Below, one piece after another: positions 19,633-27,859 of a stretch of DNA of 32,000 nt. Source of the stretch: Candidatus Thorarchaeota archaeon (lineage in GTDB: Archaea > Asgardarchaeota > Thorarchaeia > Thorarchaeales > Thorarchaeaceae); contig SHMX01000005.1 of the NCBI GenBank assembly GCA_008080745.1, forward strand, positions 120,001 to 152,000, written 5' to 3'. Each line of letters starts with the position of its first letter. Positions within the stretch are counted from its first letter, which is position 1. The translations under genes and the position numbers were made by a program. The notes under the pieces were generated by a model. The model ran no database searches. It had not been told where the DNA came from and saw only the letters and a program-made list of their open reading frames with translations.

Positions 19633-20844
19633 TTAATTCTTATTAGCCATTTGCATTAAGAAATCTCTCATTTCCATTCCTATACTTTCAATACTCAATT
19701 TTTTTTCTACATATTCCCTTCCTTTACAACCCAGGAATGTTGATTTTTGTGGATTTTCCTTTAGTTCAATTATTGAATCGGCTAATTGTCTGAAGTCGCC
19801 TGGTTTAATCACAATTCCAGAATGACTTTCAGTAACGTATGCTCCTGGTTGTCCGCTTGAACAACAAAGAATTGGTTTTCCCATAGCTTGATACTCATAA
19901 AGCTTCGATGATATTCCCTTTTCTATAGACCCAACTCCACAAAGGGGTAAAAGGACCACGTCCGCTTCATTTATGATTCGTGCTACTTCATCACGACTCA
20001 CTATTTTTTCCCGTACCTCAATGTTATTTGATTCTACTTGGCTTTCTAATTTTCTTAGCAAATCAATCATTTCTCCCCCTCCTTGTATTAGGAATCTAAT
20101 ATCTTTATATTCCGCCAATAATTCGGCCGCTCGAAATATCTGCTCAAAATTATAAGTTGGAGAGAACGCACCAATATAAAGGACTGTAAAAAAGTTGGAT
20201 CTCTTAGATATTTTTTGGGGTTTAAACCGCTCAATATCTACTCCTGCCTTGATTACTTTAATCTTTCCAGAATTTACACCATACTTTCTTATTATCGTCT
20301 TTTTATAGGCTGGACTAATGGGTGTAATCCCATCAGCTGTCTTATATGAAAATGCTGCCAAATATCCACCAATTCGCCCCATTATTGATTTCTTTCTCAC
20401 ACCCAAGTCAAAGAGAACTTCTGGCCATAGATCATCGACATTTTGTATCAATGAACAATCATAAACAAACCGATATATTAATCCTGCAAAGATTCCAATC
20501 ACGTTGGGATTTGCTGTCCAAATCACATCAGCTTTTCGGATGTAGGGAATTGCAAGAAGTGAGGAGATAATAAAAGAAAAGAATAGAATGATTCTTCGCA
20601 AAAAACCATCAGATTTTATTGGGGGCACAAAAGTACGAATTGTTTTTATTTTTCCTTGAAGTTCAACAAGGAATGGCTTTTTCAAATATTTACTGGGAAT
20701 TTTACCATCTGGATAATGTGGTGTAGCACATACTACTGTAACATCTACACCCGAGCTGATAAGGCCCCTTGCCACATTGTAAGCTCTAGTAGCCCCTCCT
20801 CCCATATCGGGGGGAAAGTATTGTGAGATAATTATGACCCTCAT
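19633..20844 (-). CDS. Glycosyltransferase family 4, WbuB/WcaI-like subgroup
   Basis: SQYFPPDMGGG, PHYPDG, QNVDDLWPE, LYIGAFS and SSKLYEYQAMGKPI. Confidence 0.88.
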   Translation of the reverse strand: MRVIIISQYFPPDMGGGATRAYNVARGLISSGVDVTVVCATPHYPDGKIPSKYLKKPFLVELQGKIKTIRTFVPPIKSDGFLRRIILFFSFIISSLLAIPYIRKADVIWTANPNVIGIFAGLIYRFVYDCSLIQNVDDLWPEVLFDLGVRKKSIMGRIGGYLAAFSYKTADGITPISPAYKKTIIRKYGVNSGKIKVIKAGVDIERFKPQKISKRSNFFTVLYIGAFSPTYNFEQIFRAAELLAEYKDIRFLIQGGGEMIDLLRKLESQVESNNIEVREKIVSRDEVARIINEADVVLLPLCGVGSIEKGISSKLYEYQAMGKPILCCSSGQPGAYVTESHSGIVIKPGDFRQLADSIIELKENPQKSTFLGCKGREYVEKKLSIESIGMEMRDFLMQMANKN

Positions 20845-21095
20845 TATATTAACCTTTTTTCATTGACATATTGATTTGGCCGTAGATTGTTAGTGTATCA
20901 TAAGTGTTTCTCTAATCGTTTTCTTCCAGCTAGTTCTATTTGTGCAATGAGATTATCTAATTGAGAGTCTTTTTATTCTGGTTAGTTTTATATGTACCAA
21001 TATTATCTCTAAACCAAAATGGTTATACAATCAAGTGTTCACACTATCATCAAGTCATTTATTAAAAAAGAGGATAAACTTCGAGGGGAAAAAGT

Positions 21096-21881
21096 ATGAG
21101 AATTTTTCTAATTACAGCTGCTGAGCCATTTTATATCCCACATTTCCTGAAAGGATTTCTTGAAAAGTATCAGGGTGAATTAGTTGGTGTTGCCTTAATC
21201 CCTCCACATCCAAGGAAGATGTCCTTCTTTAGATACATCAAAAATCACTACAATCTTTATGGACTCAAAGATTTCATTCGAATGGGTTTTCGTTATTTCA
21301 AGAAAAAATATGTTCATAAAGTTATGAGATCTATAGGATTTAATCGCCCTCTTGATGCAGAACATCTACTCAAAAAACATGGTTGTCCCATACATAGGCC
21401 TAAAAATGTCAATAGCAGCAAATTTAGAGAAACATTGAAAGACTATGATTTGGATCTCATCGTTTCAGTAGCTTCGAGTCAAATATTTAAAACGAAATTA
21501 TTGAATCTACCAAAAATTGGTTGTATAAACATGCATGGTTCATTATTACCCAAACATAAGGGTATTAACCCAAGCTTTTGGGCTTTACTTGAGGGCGATC
21601 GTGAAACAGGTATCTCTGTACATTTTATGGACGAAAGCATTGATACTGGAAAAGTCCTCAAACAGCAAAAGGTTCCTATATTAGAGAATGAAACATTGGA
21701 TAGTCTTTCAAAGAAAATTGCAAATTTGGGAGTAGATGTACTCATAGAAGCTCTTAATCTAATAGAAAGTGGTATTGCAGATAAAAAGGCATTTTACCCA
21801 ACAGGTGAGGGATCGTATCACTCATTTCCAACCAAATCTGAAGGAAAAGAATTTCGCAAGAAGGGGAAGAAATTTCTTTGA
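21096..21881 (+). CDS. Formyltransferase (N10-formyl-THF-dependent, Fmt-like fold; probable sugar N-formyltransferase)
   Basis: NVNS, DLIVSVASSQIF, INMHGSLLPKHKGINP and GISVHFMDESIDTG (Asn-His-Asp catalytic set). No Fmt C-terminal domain. Confidence 0.88.
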   Translation: MRIFLITAAEPFYIPHFLKGFLEKYQGELVGVALIPPHPRKMSFFRYIKNHYNLYGLKDFIRMGFRYFKKKYVHKVMRSIGFNRPLDAEHLLKKHGCPIHRPKNVNSSKFRETLKDYDLDLIVSVASSQIFKTKLLNLPKIGCINMHGSLLPKHKGINPSFWALLEGDRETGISVHFMDESIDTGKVLKQQKVPILENETLDSLSKKIANLGVDVLIEALNLIESGIADKKAFYPTGEGSYHSFPTKSEGKEFRKKGKKFL

Positions 21882-22714
21882 AACGAATTGTTTGCTTTAC
21901 TCTAGATGTTGAGCCAGATTATGGGCAGGATCACATAGACAATATTGAATTAGTAGAAGAGTTGATTGAGGAATCTACTTTTTTAGACTTGATTTCTAGT
22001 CCGATAGAATTCAAATTAACCGCTTTCGTAGTTGGATCAATACTGGAAAAAAATCCGGAAATTGTTGACCGTCTAATAGAGTTCGATGCTGAAGTCGAAC
22101 TTCATTCATACAGTCATAAAATGTATAGAGAACGTCGTCCTGATATTGTCAGAGGCCTAGATATATACCGTGAAATAGTGGGACGTCTACCATATGGATA
22201 TCGAGCACCACAGGGAGCGATTTCTTTAGAAGAGATAGAAGTTCTTGACAGTTATGGGGTTTTATTTGATTCTAGTGTATTTCCTTTTTTTAGATTGGGG
22301 CAGTACAGTTTTTTTCATGCACCTCAAACTCCCTATCTTATTAGAAATTCTTCTGTAGTTGAATTTCCCATTGCATCAATTCCGCATCTTCGGTTGCCCA
22401 TATCTCTAAGCTATATGATGCTGTTTGGAAGAAGTATCTATGAACGATTATTCAGGACTTTCGGATTACCCGAAATACTTGTTTTTGACTTTCATTTACA
22501 CGATTTAACTCCCTCAAAAGCGTATAATGATCTATCAAAATTTTGGCAGATTATATATGGCAGGATTTACAAACAGAATCCGATAGAACAATTTCAAAAT
22601 TTTGTATCTTACCTAAGAAATCTAAACTATACTTTTATGAATATGAGAGAGTTATATAATTATATTCGCAAAAACAAATTTAATGAATTTTTGAAAACAT
22701 CTGCTTTTGGATGA
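21878..22714 (+). CDS. Polysaccharide deacetylase family protein (NodB/CE4-like)
   Basis: FTLDVE, LTAFVVG, ELHSYSH, GYRAP, FDSS, FDFHLHD. The TTG start overlaps the formyltransferase TGA (TTGA). Confidence 0.85.
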   Translation: MKRIVCFTLDVEPDYGQDHIDNIELVEELIEESTFLDLISSPIEFKLTAFVVGSILEKNPEIVDRLIEFDAEVELHSYSHKMYRERRPDIVRGLDIYREIVGRLPYGYRAPQGAISLEEIEVLDSYGVLFDSSVFPFFRLGQYSFFHAPQTPYLIRNSSVVEFPIASIPHLRLPISLSYMMLFGRSIYERLFRTFGLPEILVFDFHLHDLTPSKAYNDLSKFWQIIYGRIYKQNPIEQFQNFVSYLRNLNYTFMNMRELYNYIRKNKFNEFLKTSAFG

Positions 22715-22809
22715 CCTTGTAAATTTAGACTGTAAGCTTCAAATATACAATTAGATAAATCTTATAACTTAGCTTCGCTTCATCCACAATCAGCGGTTAA
22801 AGTGGAAGT

Positions 22810-23745
22810 TTGGTGACTTACAAAATGGATAAGGTTCTCATAACTGGCGGAGTAGGATTTATTGGCACAAATCTTCGACAAGAACTTGATAAACGCGGAT
22901 ACAACACTTGGATATGTGATATTTCCCATTCCAACGAATCCAAATTCATAAGATGTGATGTCGGTTCATATCGTCAACTAGAAAAAACCATTCAAAAAGT
23001 ACAACCTGATTATGTGTATCATGCAGCTGCTGAGTATGGCCGTTGGAATGGCGAGGCTCATTATGAAAACCTTTGGTTAACAAATGCTGTTGGCACAAAA
23101 AACATTCTGAAGATGCAAAAGGAATTTGGTTTCAAAATGATATTCTTTGGTAGTGCAGAAGTTTATGGTGATTATGACGGACTAATGAAGGAGGATGTCA
23201 TGGAAACTGTACCACTAAAGCAAATGAATGATTATGCTATCTCCAAATGGGTAAACGAGATGCAGATTCTAAATTCTGCAGATATGGATCATACCGAATC
23301 AGTTCGAGTTCGACTATTCAATGTATATGGACCTCATGAGCATTACAATCCCTTTAGAGGCGTAGTTCCTGTTTTCATTTATCGTCTTCTTCATGGTTTG
23401 CCAATTACGGTTTACAAGGGACACAAACGTACTTTTGAATATGTGAAGGATATTGTTAGAACGTTCGCTAATATAATTGACAATTTTGTTCCTGGTGAAG
23501 TTTATAATTTAGGCAGTGAAACCCAATACCCTATTGAAAATTTAGCAGAGATTACTCTCAAATATACTGGTGCTGATAAATCATTGGTCACTTACAAAGG
23601 TGAAGAGGCATTTACTACCCGATTCAAGAAAGCTGATTCTTCAAAAGCGCAAGCACAACTCGATCATGATATTACTATTTCTCTTGATGAAGGTATAAAA
23701 CGAACAGTGGAATGGTTTAAAAAAGAATACCATGTAGGCGGGTAA
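22810..23745 (+). CDS. NAD-dependent nucleotide-sugar epimerase/dehydratase/oxidoreductase (extended SDR)
   Basis: TGGVGFIG, YHAAAEYGRWNGE, FGSAEVYG, YAISK, RLFNVYGP. The likely start is ATG 22825. Confidence 0.88.
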   Translation: MVTYKMDKVLITGGVGFIGTNLRQELDKRGYNTWICDISHSNESKFIRCDVGSYRQLEKTIQKVQPDYVYHAAAEYGRWNGEAHYENLWLTNAVGTKNILKMQKEFGFKMIFFGSAEVYGDYDGLMKEDVMETVPLKQMNDYAISKWVNEMQILNSADMDHTESVRVRLFNVYGPHEHYNPFRGVVPVFIYRLLHGLPITVYKGHKRTFEYVKDIVRTFANIIDNFVPGEVYNLGSETQYPIENLAEITLKYTGADKSLVTYKGEEAFTTRFKKADSSKAQAQLDHDITISLDEGIKRTVEWFKKEYHVGG

Positions 23746-23748
23746 AAA

Positions 23749-24768
23749 ATGGATTATTCAAAAATTCTGGATAAGTATGAAAACTCTGTAGTTTTGATTA
23801 CTGGTGGTGCTGGATGTATAGGCAGCAATCTTGTACGGATATTATTATCAGGTAGTCCACGAAAGGTGATTGTTCTTGATGATTTCTCCTCCTCTTATCT
23901 ATGGAATCTGCCAAAAGATAATCGACTTGATGTTGTGGAGGGAAGCATTCTCGAAGAACAGAAATTGAAACAGGTATTTTACGAACGCCCTGATTTTGTT
24001 TTTCATCTAGCAGCCCATTTTGCAAATCAAAATAGTATCGACCATCCTGAAACCGATTTAATGGTAAATGGTCTTGGTCATCTTCGTATCATGGAATATG
24101 CCAGACTCACTGAACCCCAGAGAGTATTCTTTGCCGGTTCTGGTTGTTCTGTTTATGGAAGTCATGCTCCAATTCCCTTCAAGGAAACTATGGTATCCCT
24201 TACTCTTGATACACCCTATCAAATTCACAAATTACTCGGAGAACTATATTGTAATCACTATCATGAAACTTATGATCTAAAGACTACAAATGGCAGATTT
24301 TTCAATGTCTTTGGACCTGGTGAAGTCCCAGGTCCCTATCGAAATGTCATTCCAATCTTTACCTGGCGGGCAATGCATGAAAAACCTCTACTTATTACCG
24401 GAACTGGTGATGAAACTCGTGACTTCGCTTATGTAGGTGATGTTGTAAATGGAATCCTTCGAATGGGTGTTTTTGAAAAGGCAGTGGGTGAAGCAATAAA
24501 TCTCGCGTCAGGAAAAGAAACCAGCATCAAAGAGCTGGCTACACTCATCAATGAGATTACAGGTAACCCTGCTGGAATTGAATATCGTCCAAAGAGATCC
24601 TGGGATAAATCCAATAGACGTCTTGCCTCTATTGCAAAGGCAAAGGAATTGATTGGATATGAACCTCAGATGGAATTCAAACAGGGTCTCAAAAATGTTC
24701 ACGGGTGGTTGAAATCTTACAAATCTAATATTGTTGAGAGTATTGGGCCCTCTGCAGGTTTGTGGTAA
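23749..24768 (+). CDS. Extended SDR, WbmF-like putative nucleotide-sugar 3,5-epimerase
   Basis: TGGAGCIG, HLAAHFANQNS, FAGSGCSVYG, PYQIHK, RFFNVFGPGE, NLASGKETSIKELATLINEITGN, PKRSWDKS. These blocks match my recollection of Bordetella WbmF. SDR call is firm; the 3,5-epimerase function is inferred. Confidence 0.7.
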   Translation: MDYSKILDKYENSVVLITGGAGCIGSNLVRILLSGSPRKVIVLDDFSSSYLWNLPKDNRLDVVEGSILEEQKLKQVFYERPDFVFHLAAHFANQNSIDHPETDLMVNGLGHLRIMEYARLTEPQRVFFAGSGCSVYGSHAPIPFKETMVSLTLDTPYQIHKLLGELYCNHYHETYDLKTTNGRFFNVFGPGEVPGPYRNVIPIFTWRAMHEKPLLITGTGDETRDFAYVGDVVNGILRMGVFEKAVGEAINLASGKETSIKELATLINEITGNPAGIEYRPKRSWDKSNRRLASIAKAKELIGYEPQMEFKQGLKNVHGWLKSYKSNIVESIGPSAGLW

Positions 24769-24779
24769 CTGTTTTCAAT

Positions 24780-24811
24780 ATCAGAAACTGGCTTTATGCT
24801 CAGTTTCTGAT
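24780..24811. terminator. Perfect 11-bp hairpin between convergent genes; probable (bidirectional) terminator
   Basis: ATCAGAAACTG (24780-24790), 10-nt loop, CAGTTTCTGAT (24801-24811), followed by CACTTCTTTTT; begins 12 nt after the SDR stop. Confidence 0.6.
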
Positions 24812-24955
24812 GTCACTTCTTTTTCATATTTTGAGATTTTCCAAAATTTGCATAATCTAGTTGTTTTCTGTTACTCTTCAAAATTTTATTGAGCCTTGAT
24901 ATCTTGCTCAACCAGTAATGAGTACAATCATGTTTTGTATTTTCATCCACTATAT

Positions 24956-26392
24956 CTACGATACCAAATCTTTCACATGAAATATTCCCACCACATTAGT
25001 TCTCCCTGGAATATGTTTCACGCCTGAGGTGAAAACGATATCCTTTCCGATATCCAACAATCCTTGGTGAAAAACTGTTCTCACAGCTTCCTTTACTAAA
25101 TCATCCACACTATCCAAGTCCTGCTCATATTTTACCGAGTGTACTCCCCATAGCAATCTTAGCCGTCTCATTACCGTAGCATCTCTTGCAACAGCATAAA
25201 TATTCGTTGGTGGCCTGAATTTTGATATCCATCTTGCTGTAAAGCCACTTCGGGTTGCTGTAACAATTCCATCTATTTTATCGGGAAGAAGTGATACTGT
25301 GTTGTATACAAGATTACCAATGACCTCTACAATCATTTTCTTGGGTGAAGTGATATCCATCGGATCAACGGGAGTTATTCGTTTCTCAGCACGGCGTATG
25401 ATTCGATTCATAAGTGAAACAGCAGCAGGTGGATTGTGCCCCATTGCGGTTTCTCCACTTAGCATGACTGCGTCAGCTCGGTCAAATATAGCATGAGCTA
25501 CATCACTGACCTCTGCACGAGTAGGCATACTCTCATGAGTCATGGATTCTAGCATGTGAGTTGCTACAATTGACGGTCTTGCCCACATGTTAGCCTTTCT
25601 AATGAGGTCTCTCTGGAGCACAGGAACCTCTTCTATGGGTGCTTCTATTCCAAGATCACCTCGAGCTATCATGACACCATGTGACTCGCGCAGAATCTCA
25701 TCATAATTATCTATGGCAAGTTTATGTTCTATCTTGCTTATCAGGTCAACATTTTTAGGTCCATTCTCTCGAACGATATCATCTACCCTTTTCACGTCGT
25801 CTGCATCGAGAACAAAGGAGAGAGCAATCAGGTCAGGTTCAATTTCCGCTGCTAGATCCAAGTCATCTAAATCCTTCTCGGTGGGAAGGTGACAGGATAG
25901 ACGGATTCCAGGCACATTAACACCTTTTCTGCTGGATATCGGACCGCCTTGTACAATTTCTGTGACAACCTCTGAGCCCTCAGTCGACTTGACCATGAGT
26001 CGCACGATTCCGTCATTAATAGCGATAAAGTCTCCGGGGTTAACATCATCTGGAAGTTCTTTATGTGAGACCGATACTCGATGTTCATCACCAACAAAAT
26101 CTTCAACTGAGATTCTGAATTCATTACCTGTTTCAAGCTCAACTGGTTCTTGCATCTCACCTATACGAATCTTTGGACCCTGAAGATCTATAAGCACTGC
26201 AATAGTATCATCCACTGACCGAATTGTTTCCAGAGTCTTTTTTGCGGTGGGGTGGTCCTCGTGTGACATATTGATTCTAGCAACGTCCATACCTGCCTCA
26301 ATCATTTTTACTAGTACACCCTCAGAACGAGAAGCGGGGCCAATGGTACATACTATCTTGGAGCGGGTCATTTCATTCATTATCGATACCAA
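24956..26392 (-). CDS. pyk: Pyruvate kinase (K+-independent signature)
   Basis: KIVCTIGPAS, RINMSH, DLQGPKIRIG (Leu/Gln/Lys/Ile signature of the K+-independent cluster), KIEH, ARGDLG, TRAEVSD, MLSGETA. The true start may be one of the downstream Mets (MNEMTRS). Confidence 0.97.
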   Translation of the reverse strand: MVSIMNEMTRSKIVCTIGPASRSEGVLVKMIEAGMDVARINMSHEDHPTAKKTLETIRSVDDTIAVLIDLQGPKIRIGEMQEPVELETGNEFRISVEDFVGDEHRVSVSHKELPDDVNPGDFIAINDGIVRLMVKSTEGSEVVTEIVQGGPISSRKGVNVPGIRLSCHLPTEKDLDDLDLAAEIEPDLIALSFVLDADDVKRVDDIVRENGPKNVDLISKIEHKLAIDNYDEILRESHGVMIARGDLGIEAPIEEVPVLQRDLIRKANMWARPSIVATHMLESMTHESMPTRAEVSDVAHAIFDRADAVMLSGETAMGHNPPAAVSLMNRIIRRAEKRITPVDPMDITSPKKMIVEVIGNLVYNTVSLLPDKIDGIVTATRSGFTARWISKFRPPTNIYAVARDATVMRRLRLLWGVHSVKYEQDLDSVDDLVKEAVRTVFHQGLLDIGKDIVFTSGVKHIPGRTNVVGIFHVKDLVS

Positions 26393-26557
26393 CTCTTATT
26401 CTCTACTTTAGCAGATATAGGTGATTGTCTATTGAAGCATATGCTCATAGACCTATTCATCATCTACCATTTCATCATTTGAATGTATCATTGGCATAGA
26501 TTCAATTATGACTTGGTCTATAGTTTCTCTTGAGAAAGATTAAGGATTGTTTCTATA

Positions 26558-27856
26558 ATGGTCAAGATTAAGAATATTCATGCTATGGAGATATTAGACT
26601 CTCGTGGAAATCCAACGTTGATGGCAAAAGTCACTCTAACAGATGGAAGCACGGGGGTGGCTCGTGTTCCAAGTGGCGCATCTACTGGAGCTAATGAAGC
26701 TCTGGAACTACGGGATGGTGGTTCTCGCTATGGTGGAAAAGGAGTTCAGAAAGCGGTGGGTCATGTCAACAAGACTATCGCAGAAAATCTAACTGATTTT
26801 GATCCGTTATCTCAGAAGGCAATAGATGATGCCATGATTGCACTCGATGCTACAAAAGACAAGTCAAACTTTGGTGCTAATGCAATTCTTTCTGTTTCAA
26901 TGGCGACAGCGGTAGCTGCAGCTACACATCTGGAATTGCCCTTGTTTGAGTATCTGCGAACCAAAGTCTTGGGAATGCCTCCAAAATATCTGCAACCAGT
27001 TCCGATGTCGAATGTCATCAATGGTGGTTCTCATGCAGGAAATGATTTAGCAATACAAGAGTTCATGATTCTCCCTGTTGGAACAGATAACATCCTTGAT
27101 GCTGTTCGAATGATTGCGGAGGTCTATCATAAACTTGGAAAGAACATGGTTGCAAAATATGGTCGTATGGCTAAACATATCGGTGATGAGGGTGGTTTCT
27201 GCGGCTTTGGATTGAGGTCGACTGCAGATGCGATTGAGGAAATTCTCAAGGCAGTAGTTGATGCAGGTTATTCTCCCAAAGATGATATTGTTCTGGGTAT
27301 GGATGCAGCTGCGACAGAGTTTCATGCTGGTGGTAAGTATACCATCGATGGCAAGACTCTTGATTCTGGTGAACTTCTTGAGTTTTATCTTGGACTCGAA
27401 AAGACCTATCCTCTCAAGACACTTGAAGATCCATTCGATGAGTCCGCCTTTGTTGATTTCACTGAACTTACCAAAAAGACCGAGATGCAGATTGTAGCAG
27501 ATGATCTGACGGTATCCAATCCTGATATTGTAAAGAAGGCAATAGAAGTGGGTGCAGGTAATTCTTTACTATTGAAAGTGAACCAGATTGGAAGTGTGAC
27601 AGAAGCTATTGAGGCAGCTCGGCTTGCGAATGATGCCAAATGGTCGGTCGTAGTAAGCCATCGAAGTGGTGAAACCTGTGATACATTTATTGCAGACTTA
27701 GCAGTTGGATTGAGCACCGGACAGATTAAGACTGGAGCTCCAGCAAGAAGTGACCGAGTTGCAAAGTACAATCGTCTACTTGAGATAGACACAATCCTTG
27801 AAGGAGAATGTTCCTATCCCGGAAGGGATTTTGATACTGCATGGAGGAACTTCTAG
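26558..27856 (+). CDS. eno: Enolase (phosphopyruvate hydratase)
   Basis: EILDSRGNPT, VPSGASTG, EALELRD, QEFMI, GDEGG, EDPF, DDLTV, LLKVNQIG, SHRSGET, GQIKTGAPARSDR. Confidence 0.98.
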   Translation: MVKIKNIHAMEILDSRGNPTLMAKVTLTDGSTGVARVPSGASTGANEALELRDGGSRYGGKGVQKAVGHVNKTIAENLTDFDPLSQKAIDDAMIALDATKDKSNFGANAILSVSMATAVAAATHLELPLFEYLRTKVLGMPPKYLQPVPMSNVINGGSHAGNDLAIQEFMILPVGTDNILDAVRMIAEVYHKLGKNMVAKYGRMAKHIGDEGGFCGFGLRSTADAIEEILKAVVDAGYSPKDDIVLGMDAAATEFHAGGKYTIDGKTLDSGELLEFYLGLEKTYPLKTLEDPFDESAFVDFTELTKKTEMQIVADDLTVSNPDIVKKAIEVGAGNSLLLKVNQIGSVTEAIEAARLANDAKWSVVVSHRSGETCDTFIADLAVGLSTGQIKTGAPARSDRVAKYNRLLEIDTILEGECSYPGRDFDTAWRNF

Positions 27857-27859
27857 GCA

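Noticed and set aside
19308-19646. 112-aa + strand ORF spanning the junction of two minus-strand genes
   Set aside because: Antisense shadow of a hydrophobic coding region, with no RBS or recognisable motif.
21096-21881. Methionyl-tRNA formyltransferase (fmt) annotation
   Set aside because: It lacks the tRNA-binding C-terminal domain, sits in a glycan operon, and the host is probably archaeal.
27406-27792. 128-aa antisense ORF inside eno (and similar ones inside pyk, apgM and the dehydrogenase, e.g. 28084-28362, 29701-30069)
   Set aside because: These lie fully within well-supported genes and have Ser/Thr-rich shadow composition with no motifs, as expected from codon bias on the opposite strand.
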